A DNA stretch of 64,000 nt from Macrostomum lignano (lineage: Eukaryota), in assembly GCA_002269645.1 (NCBI GenBank), contig NIVC01000910.1:322944-386943 (forward strand), in the 5' to 3' direction. Under the pieces are notes generated by a model that saw only the letters and a program-made list of their open reading frames with translations, had not been told where the DNA came from and searched no databases. The translations under genes and the position numbers were made by a program. This document shows, piece after piece, positions 1 to 13,762 of this stretch; position 1 is the stretch's first letter; each line of letters starts with the position of its first letter.

Positions 1-381
1 CTGATTGGTTGTTACCAGCGCACCCCCCACCGCTGATTCTGATTGGTTGTTACCAGCGCACCCCCCACCGCTGATTCTGATTGGTTGTTACCAGCGCACC
101 CCCCACCGCTGATTCTGATTGGTTGTTACCAGCGCACCCCCCACCGCTGATTCTGATTGGTTGTTACCAGCCACCTCCCCACCACTGATTCTGATTGGTT
201 GCCAGCCACCTCCCTCACCACTGATTCTGATTGGTTGCCAGCCACCTCCCCCACCACTGATTCTGATTGGTGCCAGCCACCTCCCCCACCACTGATTCTG
301 ATTGGTGCCAGCCACTTCTTCACCACTGATTCTGATTGGTTGCCAACCCCCTCCTCACCACTGATTCTGATTGGTTGCCAA
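1..381. repeat. ~39-bp minisatellite in a CASK intron
   Basis: About 10 copies of ccactgattctgattggttgccagccacctcccca-like units, ending ~70 bp before the acceptor at 454. Confidence 0.95.
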
Positions 382-454
382 CCCTGCGCAACTGTCCTCT
401 GTCTTTAACTGTCGTTTACAATCGCTGACCTTAAATGCCCTCCCCAACCTGCAG

Positions 455-753
455 ACACGACCCGACTGCCCAGCAAAGGGGAGGTGAACGGTCGCAGCTA
501 TTATTTTGTCGGACGCGAGGAGATGATGCGCGATATAACCAACAACGAGTACCTGGAGTACGGCACCCATGAGGACGCCATGTACGGCACCAAGTTGGAT
601 ACCATCCGGGACATTCACCGGCAGGGTCGCATCGCTATTCTCGACGTGGAGCCGCAGGCGTTGCGCGTGCTTCGAACGGCAGAATTTGCGCCCTACGTTG
701 TGTTCATTGCCGCCCCGGAGCTCAGCGCCATGAGCGACGTGCACGGGCTCAAT
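455..753 (+). CDS. CASK: CASK/LIN-2 MAGUK, penultimate exon (guanylate kinase domain)
   Basis: Acceptor ctgcag|AC and donor AAT|gtgagt. Translation (H)[18 protein letters not shown]...[54 protein letters not shown] closely matches the CASK GuK sequence as recalled ([54 protein letters not shown]). Confidence 0.93.
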
Positions 754-839
754 GTGAGTGCCGTAAAACTTTTACTATTGATGTCCCCTCAGTCAGGAGA
801 CACTGACCTGATCATCAAGTATTAATTTCGCTTGTGCAG

Positions 840-1016
840 GACGGAAGTCTGGAGCGCCTGGCCAAGGAAAGCGAACTTTTAGAGCGGCACTACGGCCACT
901 ATTTCGATCAGAAGATCGTTAATAATGACATCGAGGAGACAATAAGCCAGCTGAAGCACTGCATTGACCAGGTTCAGACTAAGCCGCAATGGGTGCCAGT
1001 CAATTGGGTTTATTGA
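840..1016 (+). CDS. CASK: CASK/LIN-2 MAGUK, terminal exon
   Basis: Follows an 86-bp GT-AG intron (754-839) in phase 0. [35 protein letters not shown]...QWVPVNWVY* is the typical MAGUK p55/CASK C-terminus (QWVPxxWVY). Confidence 0.93.
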   Translation, partial: DGSLERLAKESELLERHYGHYFDQKIVNNDIEETISQLKHCIDQVQTKPQWVPVNWVY

Positions 1017-1139
1017 AACGCTTCTCTGTCTGACACTCCATGCATATCTAGGTATTCTTTTAATTTGCGTCACTATTGCATATTTTTAGTTAATTTGATT
1101 TGGCATCGACTTTTGCCTCTGTATTTCTCTCTCTTTCCA

Positions 1140-1862
1140 TGAGGTGGCTGCAGGAAGAGTTGGGGTGTTGGGGCAGGGAGTGAGGTGGCTGCAGGAAGAG
1201 TTGGGGTGTTGGGGCAGGGAGTGAAGTGGCTGCAGGAAGAGTCGGGGTGTTGTGGCAGGGAGTGAAGTGGCTGCAGGAAGAGTTGGGGTGTTGTGGCAGG
1301 GAGTGAGGTGGCTGCAGGAAGAGTTGGGGTGTTGGGGCAGGGAGTGAGGTGGCTGCAGGAAGAATCGGGGTGTTGGGGCAGGGAGTGAGGTGGCTGCAGA
1401 AAGAGTCGGAGTGTTGTGGCAGGGAGTGAGGTGGCTGCAGGAAGAGTCGGGGTGTTGGGGCAGGGAGTGAGGTGGCTACAGGAAGAGTTGGGTGTTGGGG
1501 CAGGGAGTGAGGTGGCTGCAGGAAGAGTTGGGGTGTTGGGGCAGGGAGTGAGGTGGCTGCAGGAAGAGTTGGAGTGTTGGGGCAGGGAGTGAGGTGGCTA
1601 CAGGAAGAGTTGGGTGTTGGGGCAGGGAATGAGGTGGCTGCAGGAAGAGTTGGAGTGTTGGGGCAGGGAGTGAGGTGGCTGCAGGAAGAGTTGGGGTGTT
1701 GGGGCAGGGAGTGAGGTGGCTGCAGGAAGAGTTGGAGTGTTGGGGCAGGGAGTGAGGTGGCTGCAGGAAGAGTTGGAGTGTTGGGGCAGGGAGTGAGGTG
1801 GCTGCAGGAAGAGTTGGAATGTTGGGGCAGGGAGTGAGGTGGCTGCAGAAAGAGTCGGGGTG
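1140..1862. repeat. ~39-bp G-rich minisatellite downstream of CASK stop
   Basis: Unit gggagtgaggtggctgcaggaagagttggggtgttggggca, ~18 copies, followed by (AG)n at 1876-1915. Confidence 0.95.
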
Positions 1863-1873
1863 TTCTAAGATGC

Positions 1874-1920
<47 letters not shown>

Positions 1921-2689
1921 AGAAATGCGGAAAAGCTCAAAAGTCAAAAGGAGAGAATACAAAGAGTAAGTTACAGATGAGTTGATTTTGTCCAATATTT
2001 GTTTTTTCACAGAACAATTTTCCATTTGTTCAGTTCATTTTGATTTGTACCGTAAAACTGAATGAATACAGCCATTATGACAGATGCACATTTTGGTGTC
2101 TTTTTTATAATTTTTTTGACTTCATTTTTTGTATTATGCACATTTTTGCAAACTGTTGATGTTAGAATCCCCTATTAGCTTTTTGCTCCATCTATTGTTA
2201 ATAGTTATAATTTACAGTTTCGAGCAGAACATTTTTTCATTAAATTGCCTCCCGTGAGTTTGTCCATTGTCACACTACTGCCAGTAGCCAAATGCGTATC
2301 TATTGGCTCTCGCTGCGCCTGTCTGTGTGTATTTTCTAATAGTCAGCAGACCATAAGCATACGGACTGATCTTATCGTTTCTGTATCTGATTCTACTGAA
2401 ATAAAGTTGCTGGTCCTGACTCTTCATCAGCTATTCTAACCGTGATGCTGCACAGAAAGCGCTGAAATTCCTGTTTTAATTTAATTTTAATTCACTTTTA
2501 TATACGTTGAAAGCTTTTAACCTTGTACTGTCACTGTTGGTTTCTTAAGGGAAATCTCTTAACGATTTCTTAATGAAAGGCAGCTATCTAGCTAAGATAT
2601 CAGCATCCCCTGGTAGCTTTGGCATCAAAGCCTCCCTTATAGCCATGGCTTAACCCTAACTCTCCATTTGATGCTTAGCCTACCAATCC

Positions 2690-3925
2690 CCATGAGTTTT
2701 AAACATCTCAGCAATTCCCCATGAGTTTTAAACATCTCAGCAATTTCCCCATGAGTTTTAAACATCTCAGCAATTCCCCATGAGTTTTAAACATCTCAGC
2801 AATTCCCCATGAGTTTTAAACATCTCAGCAATTTCCCCATGAGTTTTAAACATCTCAGCAATTCCCCATGAGTTTTAAACATCTCAGCAATTCCCCATGA
2901 GTTTTAAACATCTCAGCAATTCCCCACATGAGTTTTAAACATCTCAGCAATTCCCCCATGAGTTTTAAACAGCTCAGCAATTCCCCCATGAGTTTTAAAC
3001 ATCTCAGCAATTCCCCCATGAGTTTTAAACATCTCAGCAATTCCCCCATGAGTTTTAAACATCTCAGCAATTCCCCCATGAGTTTTAAACATCTCAGCAA
3101 TTCCCCATGAGTTTTAAACATCTCAGCAATTCCCCCATGAGTTTTAAACAGCTCAGCAATTCCCCCATGAGTTTTAAACATCTCAGCAATTCCCCCATGA
3201 GTTTTAAACATCTCAGCAATTCCCCATGAGTTTTAAACAGCTCAGCAATTCCCCCATGAGTTTTAAACATCTCAGCAATTCCCCCATGAGTTTTAAACAT
3301 CTCAGCAATTCCCCCATGAGTTTTAAACATCTCAGCAATTCCCCCATGAGTTTTAAACAGCTCAGCAATTCCCCCATGAGTTTTAAACATCTCAGCAATT
3401 CCCCCATGAGTTTTAAACAGCTCAGCAATTCCCCCATGAGTTTTAAACATCTCAGCAATTCCCCATGAGTTTTAAACATCTCAGCAATTCCCCATGAGTT
3501 TTAAACATCTCAGCAATTCCCCCATGAGTTTTAAACATCTCAGCAATTCCCCCATGAGTTTTGAACATCTCAGCAATTCCCCATGAGTTTTAAACATCTC
3601 AGCGATTCCCCCATGAGTTTTAAACAGCTCAGCAATTCCCCCATGAGTTTTGAACATCTCAGCAATTCCCCATGAGTTTTAAACATCTCAGCGATTCCCC
3701 CCCCCATGAGTTTTAAGCATCTCAGCGATTCCCCCCATGAGTTTTGAACATCTCAGCAATTCCCCACATGAGTTTTGAACATCTCAGCAATTCCCCATGA
3801 GTTTTAAACATCTCAGCGATTCCCCCCCATGAGTTTTAAGCATCTCAGCGATTCCCCCCATGAGTTTTGAACATCTCAGCAATTCCCCCATGAGTTTTAA
3901 ACATCTCAGCAATTCCCCCATGAGA
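2690..3925. repeat. ~30-31-bp minisatellite
   Basis: Unit ccccatgagttttaaacatctcagcaatt(c), ~40 copies, with length variation in the C-run. Confidence 0.97.
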
Positions 3926-4564
3926 CGTGACATCTCAGCATCTTCCCAAAGCGCAGCGACCTCCGCAAGGACAGCGAAGGACGTGAGGTAGTGAAAGATG
4001 CGCTATTTGACGGAACTTCTTTGCCTGGGACAGGCAAATGAAAGAAGAACACTATAAAACCGTGTCGATGCAGCGGTAAACACAGGAAGATTTTCAAGGA
4101 CGTGAACTTTTTTATGTAAGCTGAGCCGCTGGAGCCAATAAAATGGCTTCATGTTATAGCAAGTGGCTGCTGATATTCCGCTAACTCTGAGAGGCAAATT
4201 GTTTGTGCCTGAATTCCTAATTAATAATTAATCAGGCAAACAGCGTCCTGCCTAACTCTCTCCTGCGCGCTTCGGATTTCATTCAATATTTTCTAGGATA
4301 CACTGCGGTTGCCAAGCTGTTTAGAGATTTCGTCATAGCCGTGCAATGATGGATTGGTGAGCGTACTGGGGCGGGGCTTATGGAGACCCAATTCATTCAG
4401 CTCAAGTGGCGACGTGCCACCTCTACGCAGCTCAACGTAAAATATTTGGGACTTTCATCTAAAATAATGTGCTTGATATTTTTATATTGGAACGCAGTTT
4501 CTGTTGACCGCTTAGCTTAAGAATGCCTGATACTCGTAAATTAATGTGATTGAATGGGGCCGAA

Positions 4565-4775
4565 TGTGATTGGCTGTCCAGGAGTCACGTGCTGGGCTAG
4601 GGTAGAGATTTCAATGGAGTGCGGCACGATCTGATTGGCTGTCCAGGAGTCACGTGCTGGGCTAGGGTAGAGATTTCATTGGAGTGCGGCACGATCTGAT
4701 TGGCTGTCCAGGAGTCACGTGCTGGGCTAGGGTAGAGATTTCATTTGAGTGCGACACGATCTGATTGGCTGGCAT
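4565..4775. repeat. Short tandem repeat (~65-bp units, ~3 copies)
   Basis: gattggctgtccaggagtcacgtgctgggctagggtagagatttca...gagtgcggcacgatct repeated. Confidence 0.85.
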
Positions 4776-5743
4776 ATAATCTAAGCTAGGTTGAAACCTA
4801 TTTGCAAGATTTAAATAACAGAAAGGAACTTTTGAATTCATACAATACTGAAAATTCCCACACTTGTTTTTTTCAAATCGAATTCTGTTTACCTCATTAG
4901 CATCATAAAGAAAGTTGAGCAAATGGGATAAGTTACAGCATCGGCTGAAAAATAATTCAACCGAAAACGTATTTCTCTTTTTTCACAAACCGGTAAACTG
5001 CTGCATGAATGCTAGCTCGTATCTAACGATTCTAACAGAGCTTTGCTAACTTTATTCACTGCATTGCATCGACTGAACTGAAACTTGACGCTTGCCCCTC
5101 CCTGCCTGTCTGCTCGCCTGGCCAATATCGTTTCGGGTGATCGGCCATGCGGGAAAGAAATCAGCTGAAGCTCGGTGCCCATCTATCGACTAATGGGGAA
5201 AAGACTGCTTTATCTGGTCTCAGCACGGAAGCATTCTGTTCAACCAATAAGTACATCCGCAGCCGCATCTGTACCTTCAAATGGCTGCTGAGATTCTGGT
5301 CTTTTCCTATTCACCATCAGGCTGAGGTGCATCCCAAAAAGATCTATTCAATTTCAAAGTATAGCAAACCCCAGTTATATTCAGACAAGCAATGTGAAGC
5401 CACTTCTGGCTACAGGAAAAATGCCAGTCTGCTGTTTTTACTCCGAGATTCCGATAAGAAAATGGTAGCTCGAATTCGACAGATGGGGGGAGGTTGACAT
5501 GTCCCGGGCAGTTCGGCGCTGCTGTGTCACGAACCCATTTTTAATCAGCTATTTTTAGGGATTTTTGCCGATAGATTACGAGTACTGCAATCCGCTGTTC
5601 ATCTGGATCTTATCAGTTCCGGCCGTTCATTCAGTGCGGAGCCTGAAAGTATTGCAAAGCTTGACTGACAGCTCTACAGAGCTTTTTCCCTTATGCAAAT
5701 ACACTTGGGGCTGCGACTGTCTGTCCCAATGCTTTTGTCCCCG

Positions 5744-6040
<297 letters not shown>

Positions 6041-6821
6041 GTGTCTGCTTTTTTCCGTCCTGTCTCCTTGTCAGACTCTTGTAGCACTCCAAACAGAGTC
6101 CTGAGAGTACCATTGGTTAAATTCCGCGCCCATGAGGCCCAAGTCCCACGGCGTACAGTGAGAATGTTCATTCCGTTGACCCCCGGAAACGCACGCGCTC
6201 TCACATGGTGTACAGCGCGCGGCCCTGACTTTGTCATCGTGTCCTCGTTAAATGGCTCTCCCAAGCTTGAAAGAGGCGAAACTATGAAATAGTCAAACAG
6301 CAGCAGAACAAGAAGCACTCAAAATCCGAGGAAAATCTCCAGCCAGCCAGGCAAAACAAAACGATCACACAGGCACTATTCAGCTCCCATAGAGGCTAGG
6401 TCATTCCGAGGGCAAACACTCCTGCAACCGAAAAATATTGCATTGCTGGGAACAGGTCAGGTCGCCCTGCCCCCCCCCCCTGTGCTCCCAGAGACTTCCG
6501 GCTATCGAAGGCGATTTGGGTTAGCTGGTCCGATCGTTCAGGAAATAGAGCCGATTCTGCCTCTGGGAGAGAGAGCGGCGGTTTGGGGGGGGGCGTCGCA
6601 TGCACTGCTCAGCCACTCAGGTTGGCGACTGGCGCTCAAGTTTCAGAGCGAGGAGAGAAGGCTGAAGCTGCTGCTCCAAAACACTGTTCGTTTCGCTTTT
6701 TTGCTTTCACTTTTCATGATATTGCTAATAGTCCTGTTGAATAGATTTAAAGGGCTTCAATGTCATGAAATTATTTTACTGGTCGGGACAATTTTGACTC
6801 CGCTGGAGCAAATCTTCGGGC

Positions 6822-7442
6822 GCCATCTTTGACATCAGATTTGCAGTTGAAATGGCGCTATCTTTGAAATTAGATTTGCAGTTAAAATAGCGCCATCTTT
6901 GACATTAGATTTGCATTTGAAATGGCGCCATCATTGACATTAGATTTGCATTTGAAATGGCGCTATCTTTGACATTAGATTTGCAGTTAAAATAGCGCCA
7001 TCTTTGACATTAGATTTGCATTTGAAATGGCGCTATCTTTGACATTAGATTTGCATTTGAAATGGTGCCATCTTTGACATTAGATTTGCATTTGAAATGG
7101 CGCTATCTTTGACATTAGATTTGCATTTGAAATGGCGCTATCTTTGACATTAGATTTGCATTTGAAATGGCGCCATCTTTGACATTAGATTTGCATTTGA
7201 AATGGCGCTATCTTTGACATTAGATTTGCATTTGAAATGGCGCCATCTTTGACATTAGATTTGCATTTGAAATGGCGCTATCTTTGACATTAGATTTGCA
7301 TTTGAAATGGCGCTATCTTTGACATTAGATTTGCATTTGAAATGGCGCTATCTTTGACATTAGATTTGCATTTGAAATGGCGCTATCTTTGACATTAGAT
7401 TTGCATTTGAAATGGCGCTATCTTTAACATTAGATTTGCAGT
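6822..7442. repeat. 35-bp minisatellite
   Basis: Unit gacattagatttgcatttgaaatggcgctatcttt, ~17 copies. Confidence 0.96.
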
Positions 7443-7446
7443 TAAG

Positions 7447-7665
7447 GGCCAACTAAGGGCCAACCCCAAAGCATGAAGTGTACATGCCTACCGATAAATA
7501 AAGTAGAACCGCTGTACACTCCTGTGTGAGTGTGTGCCTGTGCGTATGACTGCGTACGTATCCGCGCGCTTGTGTGCCTGCTCAGGGGAGAGGCAATGCC
7601 TCTCGCCGGTTGTGTGACAATGTCGCTTAAAGTGCACCAGGGTGCGCACAACCCCCCGCCACTAA
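7447..7665 (+). mobile_element. Dispersed repeat (SINE body), copy 1
   Basis: Shares gtgtacatgcct...gctgtacactcctgtgtg...gtatccgcgcgcttg...ctgctcaggggag...gcctctcgccggttgtg...atgtcgcttaaagtgc...cacaacccccc with 18127-18335. Partly shared with the tRNA-headed copy at 49458-49690. Confidence 0.8.
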
Positions 7666-7940
7666 TAAGAACAAGAAGCTTAGCGCCCAACTGGGGTGCC
7701 TGTCATCAAAGCAACTTAGGCGCATTCTCCATCCCGTAAAATCCGTGAGATCCTTGCTAATCACAGATCAATTATCTGTGAGACAGCAGCTAGCAACAAA
7801 ATCGACCGGACCGTAGCCAAACAAACCGAAACCCCACATTCCGTTATCAGTAGCTGCCGGCCCAGATCTTGGAACCTCGCCATTAGCCTTGAAACAAGAC
7901 AGGTGGGTGAGCCGAGCCTCCCGAAGGAATGGGCAAGACG

Positions 7941-7988
<48 letters not shown>

Positions 7989-8269
7989 CAATCGTTGGGA
8001 TCTGTGGCTTAAGGACAACTTGCAATGCATTGACTTTGCGAATAAGACGAGGGCAGCGAGAGGAATCAGGGGGAGAAATAGCGGCTGTTCAATACGGAGA
8101 GACGCTGACAAATCTGACGGAAAAATTCCTTGTTGCTGAGCCAGAATTTATGCGTAAAGAGCTTTTGTTAGCTTCTCAAACAGTTGTTGCAATCTGTTGC
8201 TAACCTTGCTGCTTTTGTGGCTACTGTAAGTCCTTTGTGCTTCTGTCTGCTGCTTCGATTTCTGGGTAC

Positions 8270-8986
8270 CATGGGATCTGTATTTGTGGCGCCATGGGAT
8301 CTGTTATTGTGGCGCCATGGGATCTGTTATTGTGGCGCTATGGGGTCTGTTATTGTGGCGCCATGGGTCTGTAGTTGTGACGCCATGGGATCTGTAATTG
8401 TGGCGCCATGTGGTCTGGTATTGTGGCGCCATGGGGTCTGCTATTATGGCGCCATGGGGTCTGCTATTGTGGCGCCATGGGGTCTAATATTGTGGCGCCA
8501 TGGGGTCTGTTATTGTGGCGCGATTGGGTCTGTTATTGTGGCGCTATGAGGTCTGTTATTGTAGCGCCATGGGGTCTGTAATTGTGGCGCCATGGAGTCT
8601 GTTATTGTGGCGCTATGGGGTCTGTAATTGTGGCGCCATGGGGTCTGTTATTGTGGCGCCATGGGGTCTGGTATTGTGGCGCTATGGGGTCTGTTATTGT
8701 GGCGCCATGGGGTCTGTTATTGTGGCGCCATGGGATCTGTTATTGTGGCGCCATGGGGTCTGTTATTGTGGCGCTATGGGGTCTGTAATTGTGGCGCCAT
8801 GGGGTCTGTTATTGTGGCGCCATGGGGTCTGTTATTGTAGCGCCATGGGGTCTGTTATTGTGGCGCCATGGGGTCTGTTATTGTAGCGCCATGGGGTCTG
8901 TTATTGTAGCGCCATGGGGTCTGTTATTGTGGCGCCATGGGGTCTGATATTGTGGCGCCATGGGGTCTGTTATTGTGGCGCCATGA
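8270..8986. repeat. 23-bp minisatellite
   Basis: Unit tgtggcgccatggggtctgttat, ~30 copies. Confidence 0.96.
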
Positions 8987-9674
8987 GTCGGTTACAGAGG
9001 CGCCATTTCCCAGCCGGTTAAATTCCACTCAGCTCTCTCAGTCGCGTGCGAGCTTTGCTGACGGACTCCTGCTGCCTGACTGTCGAGAGCTCTCAACAGC
9101 ACGGATTTATTAGTCTGATGTTTGAGCAGCCGGGCTTTTTCTCGGCTTAAGCGGGGGCTTAAGTCCGCTAATTCACCGCCTCGTCTTTCATCTAGTTCGT
9201 GAGAGAGCGGCTCAGCTGGGGAATAAACAGGCAATCGAGCCGAAGGTGATGAAGCCAAGCGACGCTGAGTGCCTCCAGAATCCGTGATGGATGAGGCAGG
9301 CCCGTAGGCGGAGACTGCGTGAGGGGGGACTGTTTGGAGAGGCAGCGGCGACGCACACTTGGCTTGTGTGAGCGGAATATCGATCTGAGCTCTCAGCAAA
9401 GAGAGAGAGAGAGAGTCGAGTGAAGCTTGAATTGCAGGTAGTAGTGAAAGTGCATCAAAAAGCATAGCAAAAGTTGCTAAGCTAAACCCCTGGCTATTGT
9501 GACACTGGACTGCTGTCTGGATAAGTTGGCTCTGCGCTCATTGACAAATGGCTAGGTCATATACTAGCTAGAACTGCATGCATTGAGTTCGCGTCCGGTT
9601 TAAGGTTTTCCGAGTGCATTTTTATTTACCTTTTGATATTACCTGATGCCTAATTAACTTTGATGATGAGCACT

Positions 9675-10789
<1,115 letters not shown>

Positions 10790-10846
10790 TGATAAATTGA
10801 TTTCTCAGTCTTCCGCAAACAACCCCAGCCTCCAGGCGGCATCCAG

Positions 10847-11968
10847 ATGGGCAGCTGCAACGCCACTCAACTCTCGCGAGCTTCCAACGCCACGCCAGCT
10901 GATGCCGCCTCGCCGCCCTGCCTGAAGTACCCGGTGCCGGCGGCCGCGGCTATCGCCCTGGCCATCGCCGCAGTCTGGGTCCTAGTAGTCCTTGGCAACC
11001 TGCTGGTCATACTAGCAATCTGGCTGGACAAGAAGGTCAGCGGGGTGCAGAACTGGTTTTTGGCGTCCCTGGCCTTTGCCGACCTCCTCCTGGGCCTGCT
11101 GGTGATGCCGTTCTCGCTGTCCAACCAGCTGCTCAACGCCTGGGTGTTCGGGCGGCGCTGGTGCGAGCTCTGGCTGGCCATCGACGTGTTGATGTGCACC
11201 TCCAGCATCACCCACCTGTGCCTCATCAGTCTGGACCGCTACTGGAGCGTCTCGCAGGCGCTGACGTACCCGCAGAGCCGGACGAAGCGTCGAGCAGCTG
11301 GCATGATGGCAACGGTGTGGCTGCTGTCCGCCATGGTCTGCCTGCCGCCGCTGCTCGGCTGGCGGAAGCCGCAGGCCAGCGCGGCCACCTGCGAGCTGAC
11401 CAGCGACCCCGGCTACGTGCTGTACTCCAGCATCGCCAGCTTCTACATCCCCATGCTCATCATGCTCATTGTCTACCTGCGCATCTTCCTGGTGGCCAGG
11501 CGGCGGGCCCAGCGACGTCGGGGACACCAGCGAGGAGCCGGCGGTGGCGGCGTCGGCGGCGGAGGAGGCGACATCGGCGTCGATCAGTCGGCACCCCGCT
11601 GCGAACTGCCGCTGAGGACGCTAGACGGCGAGACGGCGCCGACGGCTGGCGAAGAGGCCAGCGGCGACCAGGAGTTGCGGCGGGCGATGCGGAAGCAGCG
11701 CAAGATGGCGCGCAGCAAGGAGCGCCGGGCCACCGTGATCGTTGGCCTCATCGTTGGCGCCTTCGTCGCCTGCTGGCTGCCGTTTTTCTCCACCTACCTG
11801 GCCGACACTTTCTGCGGCTGCGTGCCGCACCTGCTGTTCGACTTCTTCTTCTGGCTGGGCTACTGCAACAGCGCGCTGAACCCCGTCATCTACACGGTGT
11901 TCAACCGGGACTTCAGAAAGGCATTCAAGCGCCTGTTGACTTGCAGCGGTCGGAGGCGGCAGTTGTGA
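10847..11968 (+). CDS. Intronless class A aminergic GPCR, alpha-2 adrenergic / alpha2-type octopamine receptor-like
   Basis: 373-aa GC-rich ORF with seven hydrophobic segments: GNLLV (TM1), LASLAFADLLLG (TM2), DVLMCTSSITHLCLISLDRY (TM3 Asp plus DRY), YSSIASFYIP (TM5 serines), CWLPFF (TM6), NSALNPVIY (TM7). SVSQALTYPQSRTKRRA resembles alpha-2 receptor ICL2 (SxTQAxEYNLKRTPRR). Subfamily assignment is by motif recognition, not phylogeny. Confidence 0.9.
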   Translation: MGSCNATQLSRASNATPADAASPPCLKYPVPAAAAIALAIAAVWVLVVLGNLLVILAIWLDKKVSGVQNWFLASLAFADLLLGLLVMPFSLSNQLLNAWVFGRRWCELWLAIDVLMCTSSITHLCLISLDRYWSVSQALTYPQSRTKRRAAGMMATVWLLSAMVCLPPLLGWRKPQASAATCELTSDPGYVLYSSIASFYIPMLIMLIVYLRIFLVARRRAQRRRGHQRGAGGGGVGGGGGDIGVDQSAPRCELPLRTLDGETAPTAGEEASGDQELRRAMRKQRKMARSKERRATVIVGLIVGAFVACWLPFFSTYLADTFCGCVPHLLFDFFFWLGYCNSALNPVIYTVFNRDFRKAFKRLLTCSGRRRQL

Positions 11969-12605
11969 TATGGCAGCCTTGAGTACTGTTAAAGCAGGTG
12001 CCAATCTCAAACCCTCGAGCTTAAACAGCTAGTTGGTCTTCAGACAGCGCCCTGAGCACTTGACTAGCTAGGTTGTGAGCATGCCAGATGCCGGATGAAA
12101 AAGTTTGGAACGACCATGCTCGCTAGCGACCTTTTTCCAAACAGGACTGTCGCTAAAGAATCTCTCCAGTAAACATCGAATGCAAGAGTTCTCTGTTAAC
12201 TTTATTTTACTAATTAATCACCTTGCTGCGTTCTTTATTGTTACCTAGGAAATCGTTGGTTTTTGCTTGGGCGCAAATTTTTTACAGTCTCTCTGGTTTT
12301 TTTATCTCTGAAATCAAGAAAAAACTCAGTCTGGCATCGTGCGTCATTAAACTCTGCTTTTTGTAATTAAATACTCAGTCAGAAATTATTGTCATCTGTG
12401 CGTGACTTGAAAGCTTCATTATGAAAGCGCAACAAGCATCCGGTGTCTCCGAGGTTCTAAAACCGAATAGGGCACGTTTTTATTCAGGCTCAGCTGGATT
12501 CGAGCCAGTCATTTTTCCCGCCCCTCAGAGCGTCGTTTCAATTTCTCAGAGAACTTTGTATCGAAGGCTCCCGGGTTTGAATCCGGTTCTGTAAGAAGGA
12601 AGTGG

Positions 12606-12955
12606 CGCTTTCACAAACTGGATACTTCACAAACTGGACACTTCACAAACTGGGCACTTCACAAACTGGACACTTCACAAACTGGACTCTTCACAAACTG
12701 GACACTTCACAAACTGGACACTTCACAAACTGGACACTTCACAAACTGGACACTTCACAAACTGGATACTTCACAAACTGGACACTTCACAAACTGGACA
12801 CTTCACAAACTGGACACTTCACAAACTGGATACTTCACAAACTGGACACTTCACAAACTGGACACTTCACAAACTGGACACTTCACGAACTGGACACTTC
12901 ACAAACTGGACACTTCACAAACTGGACACTTCACAAACTGGACACTTCACAAACT
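12606..12955. repeat. 16-bp minisatellite
   Basis: Unit cttcacaaactggaca. Confidence 0.96.
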
Positions 12956-13369
12956 AAACTCTTCACAAAAGAGTTCTGAGAATCTGTTTAAGATTTTTGC
13001 GTCTCAATTGATTAAAATCTATATTTAAATACTAAAAATTCGGAGCAGCCTACTAAAAGTAGGCACCCTATTTTTTGAATTCGATGATATCATTGAAAAA
13101 CAAATTTTTCGACGATGTTGGCCACAACTGAGGCAGTCGCAAAAGGAGAAAGCTGCTCTCAATCTGTGCTTGAGTTTACTTTAACTTCCCATTAGTTGAG
13201 CAAATAATCCAGCTGCTCAAATTCAAGTTCTCAGGTTTCGTTCAGTCTCTTTCCAGCTAATTGAGCGCTGAACTGGTTTCACACCGCTTTGATTTTCCGA
13301 CTTAATAAAAGTACGCGATATTGAACAGCTCTGCTCTAATTCAAACATTGTGATCTAACAGGATACGTT

Positions 13370-13762
13370 TATCTAACAGGATGCCATTGTCTAACATAAT
13401 GCACATTGTCTAACAGGATGCAAGTGTCTAACAGGATGCAAGTGTCTAACAGGATGCAAGTGTCTAACAGGATGCAAGTGTCTAACAGGATGCAATTGTC
13501 TAACAAGATGCAAGTGTCTAACAGGATGCAAGTGTCTAACAGGATGCAAGTGTCTAACAGGATGCCATTGTCTAACATAATGCACATTGTCTAACAGAAT
13601 GCACATTGTCTAACATAATGCACATTGTCTAACAGGATGCAAGTGTCTAACAGGATACAATTGTCTAACAGGATGCAAGTGTCTAACAGGATGCAAGTGT
13701 CTAACAGGATGCAAGTGTCTAACAGGATGCAAGTGTCTAACAGGACGCAAGTGTCTAACAGG
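13370..13762. repeat. 18-bp minisatellite
   Basis: Unit gtctaacaggatgcaagt, with variants. Confidence 0.95.

Noticed and set aside
11012-12010. Alternative-frame and antisense ORFs over the GPCR
   Set aside because: Shadow ORFs of GC-rich coding sequence.
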